Positions 53,306-63,997 of a stretch of 64,000 nucleotides of DNA are shown piece by piece (position 1 is the stretch's first letter; every line of letters starts with the position of its first letter). The notes under the pieces were generated by a model. It did not search any database and had not been told where the DNA came from. It saw nothing but the letters and a program-made list of their open reading frames with translations. The translations under genes were made by a program, and so were the position numbers. Origin of the DNA: Candidatus Taenariivivens baikalensis (GTDB lineage Bacteria > Omnitrophota > Omnitrophia > Omnitrophales > Aquincolibacteriaceae); NCBI GenBank assembly GCA_009691445.1, contig SICL01000003.1, positions 25,834 through 89,833 on the forward strand. Reading direction: 5' to 3'.

Positions 53306-53883
53306 TATGAGAAATCTAAAATTTCAATGGGTTTTAAGCGGATTTCAATCTGGAGCAAGAGGGCCAGAGTTTTTAATTTTTTCTCAAGAACCGCCGCAAT
53401 GGCCTTGGACGGAAGAAAAGTTTCGAGCATTAACGAATAGAGATTTCCGGAAGAGGCTTCCAACACTTTACAATTCAGATCCGTAATGTTCAACCCTTGA
53501 CTCGCCAAAATCCGGCTGAGTTTATAAACAATCCCGGTTTGATCCGGCCCAATCACACTGATCAAATAATTGGCTTCCTGAGACGCTTTACATTGATGGT
53601 GCTTGGATGATGGCGAGGCCGGGAATTCCTTTAAAAAACAGCTCAGATTTTCACTTTTCTCAAAAAGTCCGGCAGCTTTTTTAAACGCATCGAGCTTGGC
53701 GGTCGAGAGAGTAAATACCATCATCATGGCGAATTTCCCATCCAAAAGAGTCATGCTGGCATCTTCCAGGTTTCCACCGTGGTTAAAAAGAATCCGGGTC
53801 ACGGAGGCAATAATCCCGGGACGGTCTTCTCCTGCCACATTTAAAAAAACCAGCCGTTGAGATGATGATGCGGGCGTCTTCAT
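53305..53883 (-). CDS. tandem ACT-domain protein (GcvR-like)
   Basis: two repeats of the ACT pattern (VFLNVAGEDRPGIIASVTRILFNHGGNL; ISVIGPDQTGIVYKLSRILASQGLNI). Confidence 0.65.
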   Translation of the reverse strand: MKTPASSSQRLVFLNVAGEDRPGIIASVTRILFNHGGNLEDASMTLLDGKFAMMMVFTLSTAKLDAFKKAAGLFEKSENLSCFLKEFPASPSSKHHQCKASQEANYLISVIGPDQTGIVYKLSRILASQGLNITDLNCKVLEASSGNLYSLMLETFLPSKAIAAVLEKKLKTLALLLQIEIRLKPIEILDFS

Positions 53884-54377
53884 CGCGAAAATCGTCCTTT
53901 TCCCTTTAGGGGATGTTCCTCATATGACCAAATCCCCTGGCCCGTTTGCTTTGCCTCGGCTTCCAGTGCGAGGAACTTTTCTTTAAGCTTAAAAATAGCC
54001 TTGGTATCTCCATCGACTTTGGCAGCTCCCGTCTTTAAAAGCACTTCGTTCACCATATAGCGCTTGGCCTCGGGCTGCTCGCCAAGTTTAAAGGGAAGGG
54101 GCAATTCGCTTGTATTCACGTAGAGATACCCGCACGGGTTCCCCTCTGTCTCCCCTTCAAAATCCACGTCCTTTTTTGATAAAAGGGCCGCAAGAAATGG
54201 GTGTGACTCCTCGCTCAATTTGAGTCCGGCAAGACAGATACTTTTCCCATTTTCCAGGATGATTGACCCTTGCGGCTCTATACTTTTGACGTGTTGGGAA
54301 AAACCGGGCGCAGGGATAGAACCCAGAAGGATAAAACTAAAAACCAATAATTTGGCAGGGAAATATCGCATCAACAT
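53880..54377 (-). CDS. hypothetical secreted protein
   Basis: signal peptide LLVFSFILLGSIPAPGFSQ; no family recognised. Confidence 0.35.
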   Translation of the reverse strand: MLMRYFPAKLLVFSFILLGSIPAPGFSQHVKSIEPQGSIILENGKSICLAGLKLSEESHPFLAALLSKKDVDFEGETEGNPCGYLYVNTSELPLPFKLGEQPEAKRYMVNEVLLKTGAAKVDGDTKAIFKLKEKFLALEAEAKQTGQGIWSYEEHPLKGKGRFSR

Positions 54378-54428
54378 TTGAGTACTCTAGCATAGGGGAA
54401 ACAAAAAAGGAACTCTCGCAGAAAAAAA

Positions 54429-54977
54429 TCAGGACGCCGAAGAACCCTTACCTTCACTATCGATGAGCGGTAAATTCATACTCAAACCGAAAGCCGGCTT
54501 TTCAATCTTTTGAGTCGCTTCTTTCTGAGGAAAATGTTCATAACTCACCATCTGCCCCTGGGCATAAACCACTCCACCGGGAAAGGCTTCGGAATCAAGC
54601 GCAGGCCAGTACTTCACATGGATAACGGCATCTGCCCCATAGTGATCTCTGGCTTTCACCTGAAGCTGATGATCTAATTTTTCTTTAAGCTTTTGAGCGC
54701 GGCTGGGAGTTTTTTTGAAGCCCAAAGTCAAGAGTTTGAGAGGCCTATAAAAAATATCTGAGGGACGAAAGATAGAAGCTTTTTCCTGAACTTCCAAAAT
54801 CCCAAGGGCCTGGTACGGGATATTGATATCACCTTCAAGGACTCGTAATTTCTCGACACGGGCAAACCCCAGCATCAAACTCACGCTCAGAAAGAAAAAG
54901 AGATATTTTAAAAAACCAGTGGGCGGATAAGCGTGTGTATTCATAATTATAATTGTATCACTAGATCGGGAAAACAC
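54429..54977 (-). CDS. hypothetical exported/membrane-anchored protein
   Basis: N-terminal hydrophobic segment LKYLFFFLSVSLMLGFA; no family recognised. Confidence 0.35.
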   Translation of the reverse strand: MFSRSSDTIIIMNTHAYPPTGFLKYLFFFLSVSLMLGFARVEKLRVLEGDINIPYQALGILEVQEKASIFRPSDIFYRPLKLLTLGFKKTPSRAQKLKEKLDHQLQVKARDHYGADAVIHVKYWPALDSEAFPGGVVYAQGQMVSYEHFPQKEATQKIEKPAFGLSMNLPLIDSEGKGSSAS

Positions 54978-55033
54978 GAAAAAACCTTTAGAAGAAAACT
55001 GAATCCTCTCTCATCCTAATGACCCTTCCGATA

Positions 55034-56365
55034 TCAGGCCTGATATTTATCCCGAATCATTTGACGGGCGTACTCCAAAGCTTCTTCGCGTCCCGGAAAA
55101 CGGCCTTCAAGCTGAAGTTCATAGAGCTCTTCCAGGGCCTCCTTCATGGACGGACTCGGTTTCATGCCCAGAGCCATCAGATCATGACCATTCAGAAGAG
55201 GCTTAGGCTGAAGCTCCTCTTTTTCAAATTCTTTCAACTTGGACTCGAGAAAATGGTAATTATCCAGCATCCCGTGACTTGAAGCACAGTCGATCCGATG
55301 AAGTTCCATCTCATCCGTAAAGGTATTCCGGACAATAAATCTTTTGAGCTTTCCGGAGCGCATTTTCTGAACATCTGCGAATTTCATATGGTTTTTTACG
55401 CATTCCGTTACATCCCGAATCTCATCATTTGAAAACCGCAGACGCTTCATGATTGTTTGCGTGATTTCCGCGCCCAAATGTTCGTGCTGATAAAACGTTA
55501 TTTTTCCATTTCTTACCTCAAAAGTACCGGGTTTCCCCACATCATGAAACAAGGCCCCTAAAGCCAGAGCGGTGGAAGGTTTCTCAAGCTTCTCCATCAA
55601 AAGATGCGTATGCACGAAGACATCTCCCTCTGGATGATAATCCGGCTGCTGTTGAACGCCTTTCATGGTCTCAATCTCAGGCAAAACTTCTTTCATAAGA
55701 CCCGATTCACTCAAAAGCAAAAAACCACGCCCTGAATCTTTTCGGGTAAAAATTTTTATCAGCTCATCGCGGATCCGCTCTGGACTCACCTGGTGAATCA
55801 AATTTGATTTTTGACACACGGCTTTCCAGGTATCCGGATCAATCTTAAAACCAAGCGTGGAAGCAAACCTTACCGCCCGAAGCAGTCTTAGCTTATCTTC
55901 ATCAAAGCGGTCTTCTGGATTTCCAATCGCTCGGATCAGCTTTCCTTTTATATCCGCCTCCCCTCCCACAAAATCAATCACCTGCTCCTTAAAAGGATCA
56001 TAAAAAAGTCCGTTGACCGTAAAATCACGGCGTTTAGCATCTTCTTCCGGAACTGTAAATTCCACTTGGGTTGGATGGCGGCCATCCACATAACCGCCCT
56101 CAGAACGAAAAGTCGCCACCTCAAAAGTCAGGTCTTCCTCGACAACCAGCACCACCCCAAACTGTTTTCCCACCGGAATGGTACGCGGGAAAATTTTTTC
56201 AACCTGGTCCGGAGTTGCCGTGGTCGCGATATCAATATCGTAAGATTCCAATGCCATCAAATGGTCCCGAACACAACCGCCCGCAAAATAGGCAGTGCAT
56301 CCATGATCCTTGAGTGTTTTTGCAATCTGAAAAGCAATCTTTGCCTTACCAGCGGATAAGTTCAT
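55034..56365 (-). CDS. cca: CCA-adding tRNA nucleotidyltransferase / poly(A) polymerase family with HD domain
   Basis: GGCVRDHLM...DIDIAT head motif (GGxVRD...DxD) and HD-domain HTHLLMEK...FHDVGK. Confidence 0.85.
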   Translation of the reverse strand: MNLSAGKAKIAFQIAKTLKDHGCTAYFAGGCVRDHLMALESYDIDIATTATPDQVEKIFPRTIPVGKQFGVVLVVEEDLTFEVATFRSEGGYVDGRHPTQVEFTVPEEDAKRRDFTVNGLFYDPFKEQVIDFVGGEADIKGKLIRAIGNPEDRFDEDKLRLLRAVRFASTLGFKIDPDTWKAVCQKSNLIHQVSPERIRDELIKIFTRKDSGRGFLLLSESGLMKEVLPEIETMKGVQQQPDYHPEGDVFVHTHLLMEKLEKPSTALALGALFHDVGKPGTFEVRNGKITFYQHEHLGAEITQTIMKRLRFSNDEIRDVTECVKNHMKFADVQKMRSGKLKRFIVRNTFTDEMELHRIDCASSHGMLDNYHFLESKLKEFEKEELQPKPLLNGHDLMALGMKPSPSMKEALEELYELQLEGRFPGREEALEYARQMIRDKYQA

Positions 56366-57612
56366 ATGTGATAGTATCCGGGATAGAGGCGCACTTTACG
56401 GACAAAAATAAGACCTGAAAGCAAAAAGAATCCGGTGACAATGATCAAAGTTTGTAAGCTTAAAGCTCCGTAGATTTTACCGCCAATAAATCCAAAGAAA
56501 ATTTGTCCTGAATTAAATATCCCCATTAAGACCGCAAAAAAAGTCCCTTCAACTCCTGTTTTATGAAGAAGCGCTGCCGAAGCTGTCACAAGGCAAAGCA
56601 TCGTGATGCAAGCGGCGGTGCCTCCCAGAGACATTAATAGAACCGCCATTAGTTTCTGATGCACGAGCAGACAGGCTAGGGTCAGAAGCGAATTAATCCA
56701 GATCGCATGAGTGAGGAGTTTTTCCTGAGGCACTTTGCGCAGTACTAAAAAATAAAATACACTGCCCAAAACGCCCCCGGCACTGAACAGACTATTGAGC
56801 AGTCCCAGAAAATCTTCATCAAAACCCAGGGTCTCCCTCATGAAAAAAAAGAACGGGACACCGAAGAGTGATCCCGTGGAGAACACCACCAAAAGCATCA
56901 TATACCAACGCATATTATCGGTTTTAATAATATCCCAGCAACGGGAGAGCGATGTTTTAAAAGAAGCCGAGGGTTTAAATTCCACTTTTGACTCCCGAGC
57001 AAGAAACGTGGCAAAGATCACCAGAAGAGGAAGAATGACGGGAATCATAAAAACTGGCTTTAAATCATGTCTCCAGTGGTGCGCAAGAATCCCGCCGACA
57101 TAACCCGAAATAAAAGCCCCCACATTCCGGGATCCCCAGGCGACGCTTTGAAAAAAGGAACTGAGGGGTCCCCGGGAATACTCCACAATCAAACCGTCGG
57201 TTACCACATCCACTGCAGCAAATCCGAGATTGGCAAGAGCAAGCGATAAAACTATCCAGGACGTCCTTGGAGGCAGAGTGATTAAAAGGAACCAACCGAG
57301 GGAAGAAAGGATCGAACAAATAATTAAGTAGGGCTTTCTTCGGTAGCCAAAAAGAGGGAAACTATCCGAAAGAAAGCCATAAAATATTTTGAAGATCCAG
57401 GGAAATCCAACCAGTGCTGAAATCTGGGCAATCTTTCCAATCGACCAGCCAAGGCCTCGTAAATATAGCGGGAGTGCCACTCCCGCCACTCCCAAAGCGC
57501 CTTGAATAAAATAGACAACACCCGCCAGAATAGCAATTTGCCGAACCGGTTTATCCAAAGATGTCCCGCGCCTTTTTTTTGCCCAAAATCTTGGCGTAGT
57601 CACTGTAGTCAA
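56362..57612 (-). CDS. MFS transporter
   Basis: about 12 predicted TM helices; the 5' 60 nt overlap the next ORF, so the true start is probably an internal codon. Confidence 0.7.
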   Translation of the reverse strand: MTTVTTPRFWAKKRRGTSLDKPVRQIAILAGVVYFIQGALGVAGVALPLYLRGLGWSIGKIAQISALVGFPWIFKIFYGFLSDSFPLFGYRRKPYLIICSILSSLGWFLLITLPPRTSWIVLSLALANLGFAAVDVVTDGLIVEYSRGPLSSFFQSVAWGSRNVGAFISGYVGGILAHHWRHDLKPVFMIPVILPLLVIFATFLARESKVEFKPSASFKTSLSRCWDIIKTDNMRWYMMLLVVFSTGSLFGVPFFFFMRETLGFDEDFLGLLNSLFSAGGVLGSVFYFLVLRKVPQEKLLTHAIWINSLLTLACLLVHQKLMAVLLMSLGGTAACITMLCLVTASAALLHKTGVEGTFFAVLMGIFNSGQIFFGFIGGKIYGALSLQTLIIVTGFFLLSGLIFVRKVRLYPGYYHI

Positions 57613-57868
57613 TCAAAGTGAGGTCGGGCCGCTTTTCCTGCATATGGCGAGCCCACTGAAATCTTTCTCCAGGATTCATCTCAAGCCGGCGACTGGCACA
57701 ATACTTGAAAGGTGTTCCGCACTCCGGGCAGGTTTCCGCCGAATAAAAATCAATTCCCAAAGCCCGGCAGGAAGCACAATCTCCTTTAAGATCCCCACTA
57801 ATCAGGAGATGTTTTTCAACCTCATCGAAATCAAAAAGTCTGAAGGTTCTCAGATATTCTTTAGCCAT
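57551..57868 (-). CDS. hypothetical protein with Cys4 zinc-ribbon
   Basis: CASCRALGIDFYSAETCPECGTPFKYC. Confidence 0.4.
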   Translation of the reverse strand: MAKEYLRTFRLFDFDEVEKHLLISGDLKGDCASCRALGIDFYSAETCPECGTPFKYCASRRLEMNPGERFQWARHMQEKRPDLTLIDYSDYAKILGKKKARDIFG

Positions 57869-57877
57869 AACTTCTGA

Positions 57878-58648
57878 TTATCGCCCCGCAGAAACGTAAT
57901 CCACCCGAAATACCTGGTCCCCCTCAATGACGGGGTCCTGCACCTTCATTCCAACTTCTTCCCCCACCCGACCGACAGTGACGGGCTGATGATTCATCTC
58001 AAGAGAGGTAATCTTCTGGCGAAATTTAGTCTTCTCGCCTTCAAAGGCCAGAAGGTCATTGACCTGCACAGCTCCCTTTTGAACCTTCACGATGGCGACA
58101 CTTAACTCAGCAAGATACTGGGTCACTGTTCCCACAAGAAATTTGCGTTCTTCTCGGGGTAAAGAGGATGCACTAGGTCTCTGGGAGTAACGATTACCGC
58201 CGCCGCTCCCACCCGATGATCCATACTGGCGATTTCCGCCACGGTCGCGCGAAGAAGGCCTTCCTCCTCTTCCACGATCATAACCACCCCGGTCCCTTGG
58301 GGCGCTTGGACTGCGATCCCGGTTGTAATTGGGATTCCGGTCCCGTGAATCGCGTGAATCCCGCGAATGCCCTTGTCCCTGGCCAGCTTGGCTCTGGCCC
58401 TGGCTTGAACTTCCTCCGCCACTGCCACTACGATTTTCAGGTCTGCCGCCACTATTTCGATAGTTTCGTCCGCCGCTCCGAGGATTGCCTCCCCGGTAAT
58501 CTTTCTGCCGGGCAGAATACGAATCGCGGTCCTGATCTCTCTGCGATCTCGTCGATTCATTAATTTTAAGATCTTTAAGATCCATGGAATCTGATTTGAT
58601 TCCCAATACACCTTTGAAAAATTTTTGAACTTGCTTTAAGACTCCCAT
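57878..58648 (-). CDS. hypothetical protein: Arg/Gly/Ser-rich disordered N-terminal region + C-terminal EF-Tu-domain-2-like beta-barrel
   Basis: RGG/SGG repeats; C-term VGTVTQYLAELSVAIVKVQKGAVQVNDLLAFEGEKT...GEEVGMKVQDPVIEGDQVFRV resembles the translation-factor barrel fold pattern. Confidence 0.4.
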   Translation of the reverse strand: MGVLKQVQKFFKGVLGIKSDSMDLKDLKINESTRSQRDQDRDSYSARQKDYRGGNPRSGGRNYRNSGGRPENRSGSGGGSSSQGQSQAGQGQGHSRDSRDSRDRNPNYNRDRSPSAPRDRGGYDRGRGGRPSSRDRGGNRQYGSSGGSGGGNRYSQRPSASSLPREERKFLVGTVTQYLAELSVAIVKVQKGAVQVNDLLAFEGEKTKFRQKITSLEMNHQPVTVGRVGEEVGMKVQDPVIEGDQVFRVDYVSAGR

Positions 58649-58752
58649 TCCCTCTCCAAAACGTTAAAAAGTTAAATTGATGAGACTTTGATATTTATTT
58701 TCGCAGCTATTTCCATCTCACCTGCCGGCCTCAAAGACCGAGGCTTGCCGCA

Positions 58753-59832
58753 TCAGGCGGATACCTCACTCGCGATGAGTTTCTTTTCTCCTTCTTCTCC
58801 GAGGGTGTTAAGTCTCGTTTGAAGTTTCACCATTCCCTTCAGGGACCTTTCATAGGCGCTTTGGGCATTCGTAAAGTGACCGCCTATTTTTTCAAAATCA
58901 TCCATCACTTTACGAAAATCATTTTCCAGTTGCTGAAGACTTTCAAGAATCACGGACGCTGAACGTTCAATTTTAAGCCCCCGGAGCCCTTTGGCAATGA
59001 CCCCAAGATACGCATAAAGACTATTGGGAGAAACCGGAATGACGTGTCTTTTCTGTGCGTATTCCGAGAGACTCTCTTTTTGAGAATCCCCTTTGATGAG
59101 AATCTCATAATACACATTCTCGGCAGGAATATACATCAACGCGAAATCATAGGTTCCTTCCTGGGGAAGAATGTATTTTGAAGCGATCTCATCCACACGC
59201 TTTCGGACATCGGACATGAATTGTTTGCGGGACTGTTGCTGCTTCTCTTCATCCTTTTCCTCAAGATACCGTCTAAAATTCTCCAAAGGGAATTTAGCAT
59301 CCACAGGAATCAGACCATCACCCATCCGAATCACAGCATCCACTTTGGATCCATCCCGGAAGGCGTACTGAAGCGTGAAATTTTCCTCCGGCAAAATCTG
59401 GGCGAGAAGTTGCTCAAGCAAAAACTCTCCTAACCCGCCTCTCAATTTGGGTGATCTCAAAATATCCTGCAAAGAAGCAATATCCTTGCCGATCCCCACC
59501 ATCGTTTGCGTCGCATGCTGAAGCTCACCGAGACGATTCTGAACTTTTTCCACGGAATCAGAATACCCCTTATGCGAATCAATCAAAAATCGGGTATTTT
59601 GAGAATATTGATCAGTAATCTGACGGTTGAGTCCCAAGACTTGATCCTGGAAAGAGTGTCGAAACTCTGCCATTTCTTTTTGCATCTTCGCCAAGGCTTC
59701 ATTCATAAAAACAGCCTCAGGATTAGGCCGCGCAGTCGATGCCGTACGTTGGATTTTCCAAAGCATGACACCGATTCCGGCCAAAATCAAGATCAACAAA
59801 AAGCCCAAAAAAAACATGGGGTCGATACTCAT
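58753..59832 (-). CDS. rmuC: DNA recombination protein RmuC
   Basis: N-terminal TM, coiled coil, then RmuC-domain region LRGGLGEFLLEQLLAQILPEENFTLQYAF...DAVIRMGDGLIPVDAKFPLENF. Confidence 0.8.
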   Translation of the reverse strand: MSIDPMFFLGFLLILILAGIGVMLWKIQRTASTARPNPEAVFMNEALAKMQKEMAEFRHSFQDQVLGLNRQITDQYSQNTRFLIDSHKGYSDSVEKVQNRLGELQHATQTMVGIGKDIASLQDILRSPKLRGGLGEFLLEQLLAQILPEENFTLQYAFRDGSKVDAVIRMGDGLIPVDAKFPLENFRRYLEEKDEEKQQQSRKQFMSDVRKRVDEIASKYILPQEGTYDFALMYIPAENVYYEILIKGDSQKESLSEYAQKRHVIPVSPNSLYAYLGVIAKGLRGLKIERSASVILESLQQLENDFRKVMDDFEKIGGHFTNAQSAYERSLKGMVKLQTRLNTLGEEGEKKLIASEVSA

Positions 59833-61343
59833 TTAATAAACGTAATATTCACATCTTCAATGTGAAGCGTATGATCCGCATACGCAAAAATCCGACAGTG
59901 ATGCATCTTTTCAAGTTCCTGGAGTGTTTTCTTTTCCTGTTCCAGAAGACGCTCTGAAATTTTGGGATGCACGTACACATTTAGCACTTTTCCTTGCGTG
60001 TGTCCCAATGCTTTACGAATCTCCTTCACCGCCTGAATCACCATCGTGGTGGGTGATTTGACACGTCCCTTACCTTCACAGTACGGACAAGCATCATACA
60101 CCGCACTTTCCAGTGAGGGACGCATACGCTGACGCGTCATTTCAACAAGACCAAGCTCGGAAATCTGAAGAAGATTTGTCTTTGCCCGGTCCCGGCGCAT
60201 CGCCTCTTTAAAAGTCCGGAAAAGTTGACGCCGATGATCTTCGGTATCCAAGTCAATAAAGTCAATAATAATGATTCCCCCAACGTCTCTCAATCTTAAC
60301 TGACGTGCCACTTCATCCGCGGCTTCCATATTCGTTTTAAAAACCGTCTCTTCCAAATTCTTGGACCCGGTAAATTTCCCGGTATTGACGTCGATCGCCA
60401 CAAGCCCTTCGGTCTGTTCAATCACAATGTGGCCGCCTGACTTCAGAATAACGTTTTTCTGAAAAGTCCTCTCAATCTCTTTTTCGATATTGTATTTTTC
60501 AAAAAGAGAAATCTTTGAATCGTGATACAGCACGTCCATATGACTGTCTGGGATATAAAAGCTTAGAAATTTCTGCACCTGCCGCTTAATTTCAGGGCTA
60601 TCGGTAATCAGCAGATGCGTATCATCCGTCATGTGATCCCGGATCGTGCGCTCCACAAGATCGAGCTCTTCATGAATCAGCGCCGAGCCACGCTTTTGTT
60701 GCGCCGTAATCGCTTCCTGAATTTTCTTCCAAAGCTTGGTCAAATAGCGGATGTCCCGGATAAATTCTTTTTCTGATTTTCCCTCTGCGGCTGTACGGAC
60801 AATGAATCCGGCGCCCTTGGGAATTTCAATCTGCTTAAAGATACCGCGGATTCTGTCACGTTCCCGACGGTCTTCAATCCGGCGCGAGACGCCCACCTTG
60901 CTTTCTCCGGGCATCATCACAAGGTAACGGGCAGGCAGTGAAAAGCACGTGGTAAGCCGCGGCCCTTTGCTTCGAATGGGATCCTTGACCACCTGAACAA
61001 TAATTTCCTGTCCGTTTTTGAGCACATCCTCAATTCTCTTCATGCGTTCGTGCCGGCGATGATCCCGCCCGCGTTCGGTAGGTGCGTCATCAAATTCAAC
61101 ATCCATATCCGAAGGATCATTGAGCGCATCCGCGACATACAAAAACCCGTCTTTCTTGGTACCAAGATCCACGAATGCCGCCTGCATCCCCGGGACAATG
61201 CTTTTAACAATCCCCTTGTAGATATGGCCGCACATCCGGCTCGCATCTGACCTCTCAATATAATATTCTTCCAGACGGCCATCTTCGAGAATCGCCACCC
61301 GTTTTTCATTTGAATCTTCACTGATCAGAATTTCACGTTTCAT
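59829..61343 (-). CDS. rng: ribonuclease G (RNase E/G family)
   Basis: S1 domain N-term; catalytic region LVAIDVNTGKFTG; CPYCEGKGRVKS zinc-link motif. Confidence 0.85.
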   Translation of the reverse strand: MKREILISEDSNEKRVAILEDGRLEEYYIERSDASRMCGHIYKGIVKSIVPGMQAAFVDLGTKKDGFLYVADALNDPSDMDVEFDDAPTERGRDHRRHERMKRIEDVLKNGQEIIVQVVKDPIRSKGPRLTTCFSLPARYLVMMPGESKVGVSRRIEDRRERDRIRGIFKQIEIPKGAGFIVRTAAEGKSEKEFIRDIRYLTKLWKKIQEAITAQQKRGSALIHEELDLVERTIRDHMTDDTHLLITDSPEIKRQVQKFLSFYIPDSHMDVLYHDSKISLFEKYNIEKEIERTFQKNVILKSGGHIVIEQTEGLVAIDVNTGKFTGSKNLEETVFKTNMEAADEVARQLRLRDVGGIIIIDFIDLDTEDHRRQLFRTFKEAMRRDRAKTNLLQISELGLVEMTRQRMRPSLESAVYDACPYCEGKGRVKSPTTMVIQAVKEIRKALGHTQGKVLNVYVHPKISERLLEQEKKTLQELEKMHHCRIFAYADHTLHIEDVNITFIK

Positions 61344-61526
61344 CTTGATGATCCTTTAGACTTGTTTCATGTAAGTCTCCACGTGCAACACAGTAGAGAC
61401 TTACTTTTTCATTATTCCCCAAAGGGGAAATGAAGGGTTGCTTCCTTGATGGAATAGAAGGAGGGAACAAAACAAAACCGCACGAAACGTAGAAAATAAA
61501 TAATCCGAAAGTTTGTCATGCAACGA

Positions 61527-63251
61527 TCAAGCTGCTTTAACAGACCCCGTAACTAGCGTTTTCTGTGTGGGTCCCATAGGATCCATGACGACAGAATTTT
61601 CGGCTTCTTGTTTTGATCCGCCAACATTCATTTCTTCGGCCCCAACCTGTAATGCCCTCGGGGCATTGGCCGCAGCATGACCGCCTTGCTTGCGCTGTTT
61701 CCTTTCTTCAAGGCGATGGCCCATCGGTTGACCTTCCGTATCCACCATTGTTACTGTAATAAAAAAGAGCGTTTCTACTTTCCCGTTACCTGACCCCGAT
61801 GTTTGGCGCTTAGAACGAAATAATTTCCCAATAATTGGAATATCCCCCAAAAAGGGAACGGACACCTGATTCGTTTGAGAAGTATCCGTTAAAAGCCCTC
61901 CGATAGCAATGGTTTCACCACTACGTATCAGCACCTGGGTATTGGCCTGCGTAATATTGAAACTGGGCATTTGAAACTCTCCAAAATCAATCGTTTCGCC
62001 GACAGAACTCACTTCGGGAGCCAATTCGACCAGAATCTCCTCTTCTGAGTTAATATGCGGCGTCACATTCATGACCACGCCCACATCCCGATAATTAAAT
62101 CCGGTCACTTCCACGCTCCCGGTAGTTTCGTTCCGTTCATAGTTGGGAAGCGGAATTTGTTTTCCCACCTGGACTTTCGCCTTTTGATTATTGAGAACCA
62201 CGATTCTAGGATTAGAAACAACCTTGGTATCACTCCTGCTTTTTAAAGCCTGCAGAGCGGCTGAAAAATCTGTAAAACTCAGAGTTCCATAGGTATACGC
62301 TGCCGTTGCCGTAAGACCAGGCGCTGGAAAGGTGCGAATATCCGAATTATTCAATGTGGCTGATGTCAAGCTAACCGCTGTACCATGATCGGTCGGAGCC
62401 GGATTAAAAGGAAAAAAACTCTTGATGACATCTGGGATCGCTTCCCGGTCATCCTTCGATCGCAGAAAAAAAGGAAAGGTCGTTGGCCTGCTGCTACCCG
62501 CAAGACTCATCGCAGGGTTCCACTGGACTCCCAGATTTTCCGCCACCGTAAAGTTAGTATTCACAATTTTAGAATCAATAAAGGCCTGAGCCGTACGCTG
62601 ATCCAGTTTTCTAATCACCTCCTGAAGACGATACAGGTTGGTCGGAATATCCGTAACAATCAAAGCATTGGTTCTCTCAGCAATACGAATTCTCCCGCGC
62701 TCGGTCAACATATCCTTCACTGAATCTTGCACCTCGACGGCACGCGTATAGTTCAAAATATAAGTTTGCGTCACTACGGGCTCTTGGGACATTTTTTCCC
62801 GAGTTGTCACCCGGATAATATTATCGTTTCTTTCATACACATAATTATAGGTTCGCAGCACCACCTCGAGCGCCTTCTCCCAGGCCACATTCTCCAAACG
62901 GATCGTCACGGTTCCCTGAACCTCTGGACCTGCAACAATATTCACCCTACTTTTAAGACTCAGGACACGAAGCACCGTATTAATATCCGCATCCTTAAAG
63001 TCGAGGGTAATACTATTAGGATCATCCGAATTGTTTACCACCGACGCAGAAACAGCATCCCGCTGTGCAGACTCCGCAGCTGGATCAGACGATGAGGCCG
63101 ACGACGAAGGGCTTGAGGAACGCGGCGACGTCGGGGAAGAATTATCTGCCCATAAATACGGAGTGAAAAAAATCCCTAACAAACCGCTGCCAATCATGAG
63201 TCTAAAAACTCTTACGGTTACCATCCTTTGAAAAAACCACCTGCATCGCAT
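61527..63251 (-). CDS. pilQ: secretin (type IV pilus PilQ / GspD family)
   Basis: C-terminal secretin motif VLIRSGETIAIGGLL...VPFLGDIPIIGKLFRS; N-terminal Ser/Pro-rich linker after signal peptide. Confidence 0.85.
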   Translation of the reverse strand: MRCRWFFQRMVTVRVFRLMIGSGLLGIFFTPYLWADNSSPTSPRSSSPSSSASSSDPAAESAQRDAVSASVVNNSDDPNSITLDFKDADINTVLRVLSLKSRVNIVAGPEVQGTVTIRLENVAWEKALEVVLRTYNYVYERNDNIIRVTTREKMSQEPVVTQTYILNYTRAVEVQDSVKDMLTERGRIRIAERTNALIVTDIPTNLYRLQEVIRKLDQRTAQAFIDSKIVNTNFTVAENLGVQWNPAMSLAGSSRPTTFPFFLRSKDDREAIPDVIKSFFPFNPAPTDHGTAVSLTSATLNNSDIRTFPAPGLTATAAYTYGTLSFTDFSAALQALKSRSDTKVVSNPRIVVLNNQKAKVQVGKQIPLPNYERNETTGSVEVTGFNYRDVGVVMNVTPHINSEEEILVELAPEVSSVGETIDFGEFQMPSFNITQANTQVLIRSGETIAIGGLLTDTSQTNQVSVPFLGDIPIIGKLFRSKRQTSGSGNGKVETLFFITVTMVDTEGQPMGHRLEERKQRKQGGHAAANAPRALQVGAEEMNVGGSKQEAENSVVMDPMGPTQKTLVTGSVKAA

Positions 63252-63692
63252 CTATTTTTGTCCTACAATTTCTTCCCGGAGCCAAAAAATTTTCTCCGCA
63301 TCATTGACGGATAGAACAACCCGGTCTTTGAAGATGGAGATGAGCTGCGCATTATCCACTTGCTCACCTTCTTTATAAAATTTGCCATTGATCAGAGCGA
63401 ACGAGCCACCCTTTGGATCAAAGATAATACCCTCTACTTTCAGCCCGCTTGATTTTTTTACTCCTACCGCTGTTATTGCCATCGCACCTTCGGAAGTGAC
63501 GAGCGGAATAAATGGATTTCGCTGACCGGCACTATCATACTTAATTTCTTCAGCCGAAGCCAACGGAAAAAAAAGAACGATCACGAGCACACCCAACCCA
63601 CACCCTTTCAAAACCCGTGAAAGATTCTTACCTCTAAATCGACTCAAAGAACCTGAAGCCTTAGTTCGAAAAATCCCAGTCTGGCACTTCAT
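63252..63692 (-). CDS. small pilus-assembly lipoprotein, PilP-like (by size and position upstream of pilQ)
   Basis: N-terminal hydrophobic anchor LGVLVIVLFFPLASA; synteny only. Confidence 0.45.
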   Translation of the reverse strand: MKCQTGIFRTKASGSLSRFRGKNLSRVLKGCGLGVLVIVLFFPLASAEEIKYDSAGQRNPFIPLVTSEGAMAITAVGVKKSSGLKVEGIIFDPKGGSFALINGKFYKEGEQVDNAQLISIFKDRVVLSVNDAEKIFWLREEIVGQK

Positions 63693-63997
63693 GGCGGAGA
63701 TCCTTCTTTTAAAGAAATGGCCGCGACAGTCAAGCTCGCCATCTGAGTGGTTACTTCCTTGCCTTTGACCAAACTGGGATGGATCTGAAAATTCTGTACG
63801 CGGAACAATTTTGGATGGGATTCGATCCTCGCCGCCAGAGTTCCGATTTCGTGGTAGCCACCCTCGAGCGTGAATTCACAAAGGTTGGCTTCATAAAGAG
63901 TATCAAAAGGCGCTGGGAATTTTTCAGAAACCTCTTTGGGACTCGAAGAAACAATCGCGACCTTGCTTTCATTGGCAAGTTTTGAAATCGTCCCCAA
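63689..63997 (-). CDS. PilO-like pilus assembly protein, N-terminally truncated by the window edge
   Basis: position upstream of the PilP/PilQ-like genes, overlapping stop/start; the ORF runs off the window. Confidence 0.4.
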   Translation of the reverse strand: MGTISKLANESKVAIVSSSPKEVSEKFPAPFDTLYEANLCEFTLEGGYHEIGTLAARIESHPKLFRVQNFQIHPSLVKGKEVTTQMASLTVAAISLKEGSPP